NCBI RefSeq assembly: GCF_032444005.1
Contig: NC_091284.1
Span: 725,152,001-725,216,000 of the forward strand
Origin: Ranitomeya imitator
Lineage: Eukaryota
Direction: 5' to 3'
DNA length: 64,000 nt
Positions 36,401 to 48,871 of the stretch are shown one piece after another. Both the position numbers and the translations under genes were made by a program. Every line of letters begins with the position of its first letter. The stretch's first letter is position 1. The notes below the pieces were generated by a model. The model saw nothing but the letters and a program-made list of their open reading frames with translations. It had not been told where the DNA came from and did no database searches.

Positions 36401-39271
36401 GAACCCCAAAAATGAAACCTTCTGCACACCAAAGAGACACTTTGATCCCTTCACAAACAAAGAATTAGCACGCAGGACCTGAAAAACCGTTCTGACCTGC
36501 TTCACATGAGACTCCCAATCATCCGAGAAGATCAAAATGTCATCCAAGTACACAATCAGGAATTTATCCAGGTACTCTCGGAAGATGTCATGCATAAAGG
36601 ACTGAAACACTGATGGAGCATTGGCAAGTCCGAACGGCATCACTAGATACTCAAAATGACCCTCGGGCGTATTAAATGCAGTTTTCCATTCATCGCCTTG
36701 CTTAATTCGCACCAGATTATACGCACCACGAAGATCTATCTTTGTGAACCAACTAGCCCCCTTAATCCGAGCAAACAGGTCAGATAACAATGGCAAGGGG
36801 TACTGAAATTTAACCGTGATCTTATTAAGAAGGCGGTAATCTATACAAGGTCTCAGCGAACCATCCTTCTTGGCTACAAAAAAGAACCCTGCTCCTAATG
36901 GCGACGATGACGGGCGAATATGCCCCTTCTCCAGGGATTCCTTCACATAACTGCGCATAGCGGTGTGCTCAGGTACGGATAAATTAAACAATCGACCTTT
37001 TGGGAATTTACTACCAGGAATCAAATTGATAGCACAATCACAATCCCTATGCGGAGGTAGGGTATCGGACTTGGGCTCATCAAATACATCCCGGTAATCA
37101 GACAAAAACTCTGGGACCTCAGAAGGGGTGGATGACGAAATTGACAGAAATGGAACATCACCATGTACCCCCTGACAACCCCAGCTGGACACCGACATGG
37201 ATTTCCAATCTAATACTGGATTATGGACTTGTAGCCATGGCAACCCCAACACGACCACATCATGCAGATTATGCAACACCAGAAAGCGAATATCCTCCTG
37301 ATGTGCAGGAGCCATGCACATGGTCAGCTGGGTCCAGTACTGAGGCTTATTCTTGGCCAAAGGTGTAGCATCAATTCCTCTTAATGGAATAGGACACTGC
37401 AAGGGCTCCAAGAAAAACCCACAACGCTTAGCATAATCCAAGTCCATCAAATTCAGGGCAGCGCCCGAATCCACAAACGCCATGACAGAATATGATGACA
37501 AAGAGCATATCAAGGTAACGGACAGAAGAAATTTTGACTGTACTGTACCAATGGTGGCAAACCTAGCGAACCGCTTAGAGCGCTTAGGACAATCAGAAAT
37601 GGCATGAGTGGAATCACCACAGTAGAAACACAGACCATTCAGACGTCTGTGTTCATGCCGTTCAACTCTGGACAAAGTCCTATCGCACTGCATAGGCCTA
37701 GGTTTAATCTCAGGTAATACCGCCAAATGGTGCACAGCTTTACGCTCACGCAAGCGCCGACCGATCTGAATGGCCAAAGACATAGATTCATTCAGACCAT
37801 CAGGCATAGGAAATCCCACCATGACATCTTTAAGGGCTTCAGAGAGACCCTTTCTGACAATCGCTGCGAGCGCAGCTTCATTCCATTGAGTGAGTACAGA
37901 CCACTTTCTAAATTTCTGACAGTATACCTCTATCTCATCCTGACCCTGACACAAAGCCAGCAAATTTTTCTCTGCCTGATCCACTGAATTAGGCTCATCG
38001 TACAGCAATCCGAGCGCCAGGAAAAACGCATCAATATTACCCAATGCAGGATCTCCCGGCGCAAGGGAAAATGCCCAGTCTTGAGGGTCCCCACGCAAAA
38101 AAGAAATAATAATTCTCACTTGTTGAGCTGGGTCACCAGAGGAGTGAGGTTTCAAGGCCAAAAACAGCTTGCAATTATTTTTGAAATTCATAAACTTGAC
38201 TCTATCACCAAAAAACAAATCAGGAATAGGAATTTTTGGTTCTAACATAGGCTTCTGAACCACCAAGTCTTGAATCTTTTGTACATTTATAACGAGATTA
38301 TCCATTGAAGAGCACAGACCCTGAATATCCATGTCCACACCTGTGTCCTGAACCACCCAAATGTCTAGGGGAAAAAAAAGACAAAACACAGTGCAAAGGA
38401 AAAAAAATGGTCTCAGAACTTCTTTTTTCCCTCTATTGAGAAACATTAGTACTTTTGGCTTCCTGTACTGTTATGATAGGCAATTCAGGAACACAATGTA
38501 AATAGCGATCAGAGCACACACAGTGATCTGACAACAACCCAAAATAATAGAACGAGCTCTGAGACGTGGGAACTCTGTAGACCGCAATTCCTAATCCTCT
38601 CCAAACACAACTAGAGGCAGCTGTGGATTGCGCCTAATGCTCCCTATGCAACTTGGCACAGCCTGAGAAACTGACTAGCCTGAAGATAGAAAAATAAGCC
38701 TACCTTGCCTCAGAGAAATACCCCAAAGGAAAAGGCAGCCCCCCACATATAATGACTGTGAGTAAGATGAAAAGACAAACATAGGGATGAAATAGATTCA
38801 GCAAAGTGAGGCCCGATATTCTAGACAGAACGAGGATAGGAAAGATAACTTTGCGGTCTACACAAAACCCTAAAGAAAACCACGCAAAGGGGGCAAAAAG
38901 ACCCTCCGTACCGAACTAACGGCACGGAGGTACACCCCTTGCGTCCCAGAGCTTCCAGCAAAACAAATAGACAAGCTGGACAGAAAAAATAGCAACAAAT
39001 AGCAAAGAAGCACTTAGCTATGCAGAGCAGCAGGCCACAGGAATGATCCAGAGAAACACAAGTCCTACACTGGAACATTGACAGGAAGCATGAATCAAAG
39101 CATTAGGTGGAGTTAAGTAGAGAAGCAGCTAACGACCTCACCAGATCACCTGAGGGAGGAAACTCAGAAGCTGCAGTACCACTTTCCTCCACAAACGGAA
39201 GCTCCCAGAGAGAATCAGCCGAAGTACCACTTGTGACCACAGGAGTGAACTCTGCCACAGAATTCACAACA
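33473..39271 (-). mobile_element. Gypsy-1: full-length chromovirus (Tf1/sushi-type) LTR retrotransposon
   Basis: 803-bp LTRs 33473-34275 and 38469-39271 (TG...CA, about 4 substitutions seen); PPT next to 34276; GTCCTC duplicated at the flanks; single gag-pol ORF. Confidence 0.97.
34268..38446 (-). CDS. Gypsy-1 Gag-PR-RT-RNaseH-IN-chromodomain polyprotein, 1392 aa
   Basis: CFYCGDSTHAISDC zinc knuckle; FVDSGA protease; YLDD; VDAS...DALSR; H-H-C-C and MDF / SDRGSQF / GQTER integrase; GPY; YIVEKILDSR...YLVKWKGY chromodomain. Confidence 0.96.
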   Translation of the reverse strand: MFLNRGKKEVLRPFFFLCTVFCLFFPLDIWVVQDTGVDMDIQGLCSSMDNLVINVQKIQDLVVQKPMLEPKIPIPDLFFGDRVKFMNFKNNCKLFLALKPHSSGDPAQQVRIIISFLRGDPQDWAFSLAPGDPALGNIDAFFLALGLLYDEPNSVDQAEKNLLALCQGQDEIEVYCQKFRKWSVLTQWNEAALAAIVRKGLSEALKDVMVGFPMPDGLNESMSLAIQIGRRLRERKAVHHLAVLPEIKPRPMQCDRTLSRVERHEHRRLNGLCFYCGDSTHAISDCPKRSKRFARFATIGTVQSKFLLSVTLICSLSSYSVMAFVDSGAALNLMDLDYAKRCGFFLEPLQCPIPLRGIDATPLAKNKPQYWTQLTMCMAPAHQEDIRFLVLHNLHDVVVLGLPWLQVHNPVLDWKSMSVSSWGCQGVHGDVPFLSISSSTPSEVPEFLSDYRDVFDEPKSDTLPPHRDCDCAINLIPGSKFPKGRLFNLSVPEHTAMRSYVKESLEKGHIRPSSSPLGAGFFFVAKKDGSLRPCIDYRLLNKITVKFQYPLPLLSDLFARIKGASWFTKIDLRGAYNLVRIKQGDEWKTAFNTPEGHFEYLVMPFGLANAPSVFQSFMHDIFREYLDKFLIVYLDDILIFSDDWESHVKQVRTVFQVLRANSLFVKGSKCLFGVQKVSFLGFIFSPSTIEMDPVKVQAIHDWTQPTSLKSLQKFLGFANFYRRFICNFSSIAKRLTDLTKGADLVNWSSAAVEAFQELKRRFSSAPVLCQPDVSLPFQVEVDASEIGAGAVLSQRGSDCSVMKPCAFFSRKFSPAERNYDVGNRELLAMKWAFEEWRHWLEGAKHRVVVLTDHKNLTYLESAKRLNPRQARWSLFFAHFDFVISYLPGSKNVKADALSRSFVPDSPGLSEPAGILKEGVIVSAISPDLRRVLQKFQANKPDRCPAEKLFVPDRWTNRVISELHCSVLAGHPGIFGTRELVARSFWWPSLSRDVRTFVQSCGICARAKPCCSRASGLLLPLPVPKRPWTHISMDFISDLPVSQKMSVIWVVCDRFSKMVHLVPLSKLPSSSDLVPLFFQHVVRLHGIPENIVSDRGSQFVSRFWRAFCGRMGIDLSFSSAFHPQTNGQTERTNQTLETYLRCFVSADQDDWVSFLPLAEFALNNRASSATLVSPFFCNSGFHPRFSSGQVESSDCPGVDTVVDRLQQIWTQVVDNLTLSQEKAQLFANRRRRVGPRLRVGDLVWLSSRHIPMKVSSPKFKPRFIGPYRISEVLNPVSFRLILPDSFSIHNVFHRSLLRRYVAPMVPSVDPPAPVLVEGELEYIVEKILDSRVSRRKLQYLVKWKGYAQEDNSWVFASDVHAPDLVRAFHVAPGRRGGSGEGSVTPPQGGGVLL

Positions 39272-42222
39272 GTCCTCTATAGAATATAATGCACTCCCCA
39301 TGGTCCTCCATAGAATATAATGCTCTCTCCATGGTTCCCCATAGAATATAATGCTCTCTCCATGGTCCTCCATAGAATATAATGCTCTCACCATGGTCCT
39401 CTATAGAATATAATGCACTCCCCATGGTTCCCCATAGAATATAATGCTCTCTCCATGGTTCCCCATAGAATATAATGCTCTCTCCATGGTCCTCCATAGA
39501 ATATAATGCACTCCCCATGGTTCCCCATAGAATATAATGCTCTCCCCATGGTTCCCCATAGAATATAATGATCTCTCCATGGTTCCCCATAGAATATAAT
39601 GCACTCCCCATGGTTCCCCATAGAATATAATGCTCTCTCCATGGTTCCCCATAGAATATAATGCTCTCTCCATGGTCCTCCATAGAATATAATGCTCTCT
39701 CCATGGTTCCCCATAGAATATAATGCTCTCTCCATGGTCCTCCATAGAATATAATGCTCTCTCCATGGTCCTCCATAGAATATAATGCACTCTCCATGGT
39801 CCTCCATAGAATATAATGCTCTCTCCATGGTCCTCCATAGAATATAATGCTCTCTCCATGGTCCTCCATAGAATATAATGCACTCCCCATGGTCCTCCAT
39901 AGAACATAATGCTCCCTCCATGGTTCCCCATAGAATATAATGCTCTCTCCATGGTCCTCCATAGAATATAATGCTCTCTCCATGGTACTCTATAGAATAT
40001 AATGCACTCCCCATTGTCCTCCATAGAATATAATGCACTCCCCATTGTCCTCCATAGAAAATAATGCACTCTCCATGGTCCTCCATATAATATAATGCTC
40101 TCCCCATGGCCCTCCATATAATATAATGCTCTCCCCATGGTCCTCCATATAATATAATTCTCTCCATGGTCCTCCATAGAATATAATGCTCTCTCCATGG
40201 TCCTGCATAGAATATAATGCTCTCTCCATGGTCCTCCATAGAATATAATGCTCTCTCCATGGTCCTCCATAGAATATAATGCTCTCTCCATGGTCCTCCA
40301 TAGAATATAATGCACTCCCCATTGTCCTCCATAGAATATAATGCTCTCCCCATGGTCCTCCATAGAATATAATGCTCTCTCCATGGTCCTCCATAGAATA
40401 TAATGCTCTCTCCATGGTCCTCCATAGAATATAATGCAATCCCCATAGTTCTCCATAGAATATAATGCACACCCCAGGGTCCTCCATAGAATATAATGCT
40501 CTCCCCATGGTCCTCCATAGAATATAATGCTCTCTCCATGGTTCCCCATAGAATACAATGCTCTCCCCATGGTCCTCCATATAATATAATGCTCTCTCCC
40601 TGGTTCCCCATAGAATATAATGCTCTCTCCATGGTCTTCCATAGAATATAATGCTCTCCCCATGGTCCTCCATAGAATATAATGCTCTCCCCATTGTCCT
40701 CCATATAATATAATGCTCTCCCCATGGTCCTCCATAGAATATAATGCTCTCTCCATGGTCCTCCATAGAATATAATGCACTCCCCATTGTCCTCCATAGA
40801 ATATAATGCTCTCTCCATGGTCCTCCATAGAATATAATGCACACCCCAGGGTCCTCTATAGAATATAATGCTCTCCCCATGGTCCTCCATAGAATATAAT
40901 GCACTCCCCATGGTCCTCCATAGAATATAATGCACTCCCCATTGTCTTCCATATAATATAATGCTCTCCCCATGGTCCTCCATAGAATATAATGCTCTCT
41001 CCATGGTTCCCCATAGAATATAATGCTCTCTCCATGGTCCTCCATAGAATATAATGCTCTCTCCATGGTTCCCCATAGAATATAATGCTCTCTCCATGGT
41101 CCTCCATAGAATATAATGCTCTCTCCATGGTCCTCCATAGAATATAATGCACTCTCCATGGTCCTCCATAGAATATAATGCTCTCTCCATGGTCCTCCAT
41201 AGAATATAATGCTCTCTCCATGGTCCTCCATAGAATATAATGCACTCCCCATGGTCCTCCATAGAAAATAATGCTCCCTCCATGGTTCCCCATAGAATAT
41301 AATGCTCTCTCCATGGTCCTCCATAGAATATAATGCTCTCTCCATGGTACTCTATAGAATATAATGCACTCCCCATTGTCCTCCATAGAATATAATGCAC
41401 TCCCCATTGTCCTCCATAGAAAATAATGCACTCCCCATGGTCCTCCATATAATATAATGCTCTCCCCATGGCCCTCCATATAATATAATGCTCTCCCCAT
41501 GGTCCTCCATATAATATAATTCTCTCCATGGTCCTCCATAGAATATAATGCTCTCTCCATGGTCCTGCATAGAATATAATGCTCTCTCCATGGTCCTCCA
41601 TAGAATATAATGCTCTCTCCATGGTCCTCCATAGAATATAATGCTCTCTCCATGGTCCTCCATAGAATATAATGCACTCCCCATTGTCCTCCATAGAATA
41701 TAATGCTCTCCCCATGGTCCTCCATAGAATATAATGCTCTCTCCATGGTCCTCCATAGAATATAATGCTCTCTCCATGGTCCTCCATAGAATATAATGCA
41801 ATCCCCATAGTTCTCCATAGAATATAATGCACAACCCAGGGTCCTCCATAGAATATAATGCTCTCCCCATGGTCCTCCATAGAATATAATGCTCTCTCCA
41901 TGGTTCCCCATAGAATACAATGCTCTCCCCATGGTCCTCCATATAATATAATGCTCTCTCCCTGGTTCCCCATAGAATATAATGCTCTATCCATGGTCTT
42001 CCATAGAATATAATGCTCTCCCCATGGTCCTCCATAGAATATAATGCACTCCCCATGGTCCTCCATAGAATATAATGCTCTCTCTATGGTCCTCCATAGA
42101 ATATAATGCTCTCTCCATGGTCCTCCATAGAATATAATGCTCTCTCCATAGTTCTCCATAGAATATAATGCACTCCCCATTGTCCTCCATAGAATATAAT
42201 GCTCTCCCCATGGTCCTCCATA
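39272..42222. repeat. 31-bp minisatellite, right part (about 95 units) with a 1362-bp internal duplication
   Basis: Same unit as 32270-33472; diagnostic variants recur at a 1362-bp offset (e.g. CATGGTACTC 39981/41343, CCTGCATAG 40202/41564). Confidence 0.95.
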
Positions 42223-44349
42223 CTCTATTATGGCCATCAGTCACTGATTTAAAAAAAAAAAAAAAAAGATACAATACTCCCATCTCTTAGTTCCAATCGA
42301 TGTTCCGGTCTGCTGAGCCTGTGGTGTGAAGTGCCGCACATCTCAGTACAGCGGGCGCGCTTGTAAAGGCCTCATGGTGCCTACTGCTCTGAAACGTCAG
42401 ACGCTGAGGTAGAATGATGGGGGAGGAAGCATCAGCTGACTCTCTCTCCACCATCATTGCTCATGAGGTGACGGCCCATTGAAGGTGCTGGCATCGGGGA
42501 TCCCAGGCTCTCGGTCCCCATAGCAGTCACGGGGCCCACCGCCATTGGCACTACGCCACTGCTGATGCCAAAAATATCATTGTGTGAACTTAGCCTAAGG
42601 GTTGGGTCACACGACTCCACATCTGAGAATAGCGGTCCGATTATTCTGATCAGATATGAAGCATCAGGTTTTCTCAGATTGGAAGAGAAAAACAAAATGT
42701 TTCTCCACCTTCTCCTTTCCGTCAGTCCATGAAAATCAGACTGTATTTAGTTATCATCTGAGTGAGGTCTAATTTTTTTCGAGGACCCATAGACTTGCAT
42801 TGCCAAATTTGATCAGACACTTGGATCACAATTGGACATGTCTCCAATTATTTCCGCGGACCGAGTAGAAAAACAAAAACCGGACATGTGCCCCATAGAA
42901 ATAGGAGTGCGATCCGTCATCACCACGAATTGCGCCAGTGTGAGAAAAGCGATCGTGTACACGAGCCCTAACAGTTGTAACAAAGGCATCATTAAGAAGG
43001 GTATTAGGAGCCGGATAAAGCGCTCCTAACGACTATGTAATGGTCTCGTGCTGCCATTTTGGGCGACATTCTTCCCCTTTGATCTTATTACTGTGTGTGC
43101 AGGCAGATGGTGTATTTTTTCACATGTGGTTTGTGAAATCATTTTGCTTGTCCTACAATTCTCCAGTGTAACGTCTATTATTATATATATGTGTGTAGTA
43201 TATGCATATGATCTGCTTCTTGTACATGAGTCCATCTGGAGTCTCAAAATCTAATCATGGCCCTGCTGAAGCTGCTGTTATCGCTAAAGCACACGGCGCC
43301 ATCTAAAGGCTGTTAGGCGGTACTGCGCCTTAATAATTACAAACATTTTTTTTTTTGCAAATCTACTCATTCCCATCTTAAGCTTTAATATACTACTGTT
43401 ATTAATGAATAATAAATGAATATATTCTAATCTATAGAGCTCTATTATATGTTTTTCACTTAAAGGCACACCGATCTGTGCTTGTACTCACATTTAGTAT
43501 CAAATTTCTAGTCTAATGATTCTACAATACATAATAATGGAATTCGCGTGACTCACTCTACTACAATGAGGAATTTATACATTTTAGGAGAAGTACAATT
43601 ATGACTTGGAGAAGTCTGTAGCTGAACATGTAAAATCATGGAACACTGGTGCCGTCACCGATTTTGCAGGAAACCTTCATTCATGACACAGACGTTTGTC
43701 CATCACTGTCTCACATGGGGTCATTGTTATACACATATGGAGCGGTTTCCAGACATTGAATCGTCGCATCCTATCATCTCCGCCTGCATTTAAGTTAGAG
43801 GTTATGGGTAACACTAAAAGCAAGTAATAAATCCATAAAGCAGCTGCATCTTCCCGGCCCCTGGGAGACTTGTCCTACTGACCCTGCACCGGAGAGAAGG
43901 AGCACTGAGCGCATCTCCTTTGTTACCCTAATGGGCTGTATGTCACACAGAGTCACTCCGAGCCTCCGTCAGGATTCTCCCTGTAGCTTCTCCTCCGGTG
44001 AGATCATAAATGATAATCCATTTCACAACCTTGACTTATTGAACCGCTGGCTCCTACAAGGTACAACATGCCATAACAGATGTAGAGAGAACAAACCACT
44101 GTGTCTCCAAAGGATGAAAAATGAATTTTAGTGTGACTGTCTATCATACATCTAAGGGGATATGTCTGTATAGAAAAATACAATTCCTTTAATAAAAATT
44201 AGTATATAAAAATATGTTGTTGGAAGCCAAGCAGCACAGGAAATATTGTACTGTTAGGCCACAATGAAGAATGAGCACATTTGCTAGTTTCCAAATATTC
44301 TTGCCGGTGTCTCCCATTTGTCCATACCAGTCTATGATGAAATTATTAA

Positions 44350-44744
44350 AGGGAATCTGTCACCAGGTATTTGCTGCCTAATCTGAGAGTGGGATAATAT
44401 ATGGTTTCCATTGAAGTGTCATTTAATAGGCTTCTTGCTGTAGTTTTGACTAAATAAATGTAGTCCTCCATACCCATGAGCTCCATATAACCGCACCCCC
44501 ACCACTGATTGACAGCTTTCTGCCTATGCACATTGCACACAGGAAAACTGCCAATCAGTGATGTGGGCGGGGTAATATAGAGCTCAGCATTTAGAGAGCT
44601 GATAGACTTGCAACAGATAAAACAGTGATTTCATCAAAAACTGAAGCAAACAGCCCAGTAAGTGTCATTTAGCTGGAATCAGGGTCCCTGTCCCTACATT
44701 ATGCTGCTCTCAGATGGGGAAGCAAAAACCCGATGATAGATTCC
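44350..44744. mobile_element. Kolobok/T2-type MITE, right end degraded
   Basis: TTAA-AGGGAATCTGTCA start and GATAGATTCC end; internal homology to about 27100-27250; related terminus GATAGATTCCCT-TTAA at 28747-28762. Confidence 0.55.
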
Positions 44745-45191
44745 AAGTGATATCACTTGCCATAGATATATTATTCGTTTACCTGGTGTGAGCGCCACCG
44801 TTCTCCTAAATCTGCCATTGTTTATATTGTGTCCATTCCTGAGATAAGGTAATTTCTTCACTGTAAACAAATATAGCCTTTAGTCAACTGGGCATAGTCT
44901 TTAAGAAACTTCCCATAGAGAAGAGCTGATGACCACACCCATTTGACTAAAAAAAAACTGAATTTACATACAAGGAAGAGAGGGCAATTTCAGAAAAATG
45001 TCTGCCCCAGTGATCACATCTTTATTTCCCATAGCACCATTTTTTAGAACACATATACAATATTTTCCACATATATTTGTACTTTATATGTAAGGGGAGA
45101 TGGAGTGAAAATTATCTTCTTGATTGTGCTAATTAGATGAGAAAATCCTGCATTGGTCACTTCTGTGATGTGAGAACACAAATGATTTCTA

Positions 45192-46280
45192 CACTGTGTG
45201 CAGAATTATTAGGCAAGTTATATTTTAGATGTTGATCAACAATAAAAAAAAATCCTCTATGTTCTCAATCAACCCAAAAGACTCATAAATATCAAAGCTT
45301 AATATTTTTTGAAGTTAGAGTGGTTTTTTTTTAGATTTGGCTATCTTAGGAGGATATCTGTTTGTGCAGGTAACTATTACTGTGCAGAATTATTAGGCAA
45401 CATCTTCCTGTACCACTGCTTGAAGAAGTTGTCTTCCAGAAACTGGCAGTAGGTCTGGGAGTTGAGCTTCACTCCATCCTCAACCCGAAAAGGTCCCACA
45501 AGTTCATCTTTGATGATACCAGCCCATACCAGTACCCCACCTCCACCTTGCTGGCGTCTGAGTCGGAGTGGAACTCTCTGTTCTTTACTGATCCAGCCTT
45601 GGCCCATCCATCCGGCCCATCAAGAATCACTCTCATTTCAACAGTCCATAAAACCTTTGAAAAGTCAGTCTTAAGATATTTCTTGGCTCAGTCTTGACGT
45701 TTTATCTCATGTTTCTAGTTCACAGATGGTCGTTTTTCAGCCTTCCTTACCTTGGCCATGTCCCTGAGTATCGCACACCTTGTGCTTTTTGATACTCCAG
45801 TAACGTTGCAGCTCTGAAATATGGCAAAACTGGTGGCAAATGGCATCTTGACGCTTGATTTTCCTCAAATCATGGGCAGGTATTTTGCGCCTTTTTTGCC
45901 CAACACGCTTCTTGCGACCCTGTTGGCTATTTGCCATGAAACGCTTGATTGTTCGGTGATCACGCTTCAAAAGTTTGGCAATTTCAAGACTGCTGCATCC
46001 CTCTGCAAGACATCTCACAATTTTAGACTCTTCAGAGCCCGTCAAATCTCTCTTCTGGCCCATTTTGCCAAAGGAAAGAAAGTTGCCTAATAATTAAGCA
46101 CACCTTATATAGGGTTTTGATGTCATTAGACAACACCCCTCCTCATTACAGAGATGCACATCACCTGATTTACTTTATTGGTAGTTGGCTCTCAAGCCTG
46201 AACAGCTTGGAGTAGGACAACATGTATAGAAAGTATCATGGGATCAAAATACGACTTGCCTACTAATTCTGCACACAGTG
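45192..46280 (-). mobile_element. Tc1-A: internally deleted Tc1-like transposon
   Basis: TA-CACTGTGTGCAGAATTATTAGGCAAGT / ACTTGCCTACTAATTCTGCACACAGTG-TA; transposase remnants MGQKRDLTGSEESKIV (45737-46063) and GGGGVLVWAGI (45377-45607). Confidence 0.88.
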
Positions 46281-46497
46281 TAGAATGGCATTTTAGTCCT
46301 TTTGGTGCCACTCAGAAATATTTAACACTGGAAATGTGACATATCCAAAGGCATCAGCTCAGCCACGATAATATTTATGACTTTTTATACAAAGTTGTAA
46401 ATTTGGCCACATATTACCCTACATTTTTTATTTAGTATAAATAAAAATCAGGTGAGATTTTTGAAAAAACATGTGGAAATACAGGCCACAAGTATAA

Positions 46498-46692
46498 GGC
46501 CACATTCACACACTCAGTATTTGGTCAGTATTTTACATCACTATATGTAAGCCAAAACCAGGAGTGGAACAGTCAGAGGAAAAGTATAATAGAAACATAT
46601 GCACCACTTCTGTATTAATCACCCACTCCTGATTTTGGCTTACAAATACTGTGGTAAAATACTGACCAGATATTGATCGTGTGACCGTAGCC
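46498..46692. mobile_element. Harbinger-type MITE
   Basis: GGCCACATTCACAC...CAGTATTT-GGTCAGTATTTTAC with imperfect inverted counterpart; flanked by TAA and TTA. Confidence 0.6.
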
Positions 46693-48227
46693 TTATGTAA
46701 ATGACTCTCTAATCCAAATGTCAGAATAGTGTGATTCTATTCTCCCAGATTAAAGAATCGGAGCACTCTGTGAGGAGAGGATGGAGAACAAAATGTCTCC
46801 ATTGTGTCAGTGATGTTATTTGAGTGCAGTCCAATGGTTTCCACACACTCACTGACTTGCATGGCCGAGTGCGATCCCAATATTATGCAGTGTTTTTTTC
46901 CTCGGAATGACTCCATGGGACACAACTCAGAGGCGTGGAAACACTTGAGACACCAATCATAAGAAGGATTAGACCTTTCTACTTCACCACAACTGGGGCT
47001 GCAAGTTCTCCTGATGACAAGCTTTACATACCAAGAGCGACTATGTGAATACGACTCAGGATTGGTCGTAACATTACCTCTATTGTTTTGATTTCCTGCA
47101 CCTCATATTTTTCTGAACATATGTAATTCTGCACCTGGTTTTGGCATAAAATTGGACATATGCACGGCCCCATAGAATAACAATGGTCTGAGTGCAATCT
47201 GATGCTTTGTCGGATCCTACTTTGCCAATAGTACGGTTGTCTGCAAGAGCCCTTAGGCTGAAAAATTAGAGGAGGGAGTACATAAAGAGGACTTGTCACT
47301 TGCCTAAATATAAATATGTATTTATTTTACTTAAAAATATATATATATATTTACAGTACAGACCAAAAGTTTGGACACACCTTCTCATTTAAAGATTTTT
47401 CTGTATTTTCATGACTATGAAAATTGTACATTCACGCTGAAGGCGTAAAAACTATGAATTAACACATGTGGATTTATATACTTAACAAAAAAGTGTGAAA
47501 CAACTGAAATTATGTCTTATCTTCTAGGTTCTTCAAAGTAGCCACCTTTTGCTTTGATGACTGCTTTGCACACTCTTGGCATTCTCTTGATGAGCTTCAA
47601 GAGGTTGTCACCGGGAATGGTCTTCACTTCACAGGAGTGCCCTGTCTGGTTTAATAAGTGGGATTTCTTGCCTTATAAATGGTGTTGGTACCATCAGTTG
47701 TGTTGTGCAGAAGTCTGGTGATAGACAGCTGATAGTCCTTTTGACTAGACTGTTAGAATTTGTATCATGGCAACAAAAAAGCAGCTAAGTAAAGAAAAAA
47801 CGAGTGGAAATCATTACTTTAAGAAATGAAGGTCAGTCAGTCCGAAAAATTGGGCAAACTTTGAAAGTGTCCCCAAGTGCAGTGGCAAAAAACATCAGGC
47901 GCTACAAAGAAACTGGCTCACATGAGGACCGCCCCAGGAAAGGAAGACCAAGAGTCACCTCTGCTTCTGGGGATAAGTTTATCCGAGTCACCAGCCTCAG
48001 AAATCGCAGGTTAGCAGCAGCTCAGATTAGAGACCAGGTCAATGCCACACAGAGTTCTAGCAGCAGACACATCTCTACAACAACTGTTAAGAGGAGACTT
48101 TGTGCAGCAGGCCTTCATGGTAAAATAGCTGCTAGGAAACCACTGCTAAAGGACAAGCAACAAGCAGAAGAGACTTGTTTAGGCTAAAGAACACAAGGAA
48201 TGGACATTAGACCAGTGGAAATCTGTG

Positions 48228-48871
48228 AATATATTTGTTGAGGGGGCACCACGGTCTATAAAGTGGGATCACCGTGACCTACAGCATATGCATAACCAAA
48301 GGACACAAGAGAAAAAGTGAAGGTCATACAAATGGGGATCACCACATCAATGATTCAGCTAGGATATATACAATTTTTATTAGTACACTACAGTACACAT
48401 GAAAACAGGTAATAAAGTGAACACACACTTAAAAACAATTAAAAAAGGCAACATTCTTGTCCCTTGTAACTTCAGCCCGAAATAGGGCTAACACCTGCGC
48501 CATAGACCATAGATCAATACCTAATGGGGCAATACCTATGTGGACATCACCATGACAGAAAACAGAGTAAAGGGCAATTTTACCAGAGTATCACATAATA
48601 CAATGAATACAATCACTAATGCAGCCATAAAAGACTGCCCCTTAATGAGAACAAGCCCCTGTCCGGCATAGCACAAAAGCAATAATGCTAACTTGCATCA
48701 CCACAAGGGGTTAAATGCAAGTGAAATACCATGGAGCCCTATACCCAGCCCTGTAAATACAATACCATGGGCTAGAAGTGTGTAACATGGTCAAAAAGTG
48801 GCGCAGGTGAAGCGGAGACCCGACGCGTGTCGCCCCACTCAGGAGGCTTCGTCAGGGGTACCTACCGCTGT
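48228..48871 (-). mobile_element. 644-bp non-coding Penelope-like insertion carrying a hammerhead motif
   Basis: 13-bp TSD GTGGAAATCTGTG (48215-48227, 48872-48884) splits the transposase WKSV|LWSDE codons; hammerhead motif at 48818-48859. PLE origin is inferred from the ribozyme and TSD. Confidence 0.78.
48818..48859 (-). ncRNA. Minimal hammerhead ribozyme with one core substitution
   Basis: ACCC-CTGACGA-A-GCCTC-CTGAGT-GGGGC-GACA-CGCG-TC-GGGT; conserved GAAA reads GACA. Confidence 0.75.

Noticed and set aside
32270-42222. Regular repeat array as a CRISPR-like locus
   Set aside because: Head-to-tail units with no unique spacers, in a eukaryotic context.
39264-42283. Long minus-strand ORFs (949, 475, 451, 358 aa and others)
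   Set aside because: All three frames translate the same stop-free 31-bp unit; this is a tandem-repeat artefact.
31605-42561. hAT-type element enclosing the whole minisatellite
   Set aside because: The right end (CTACGCCACTG) looks right, but I could not establish a matching left TIR or 8-bp TSD.
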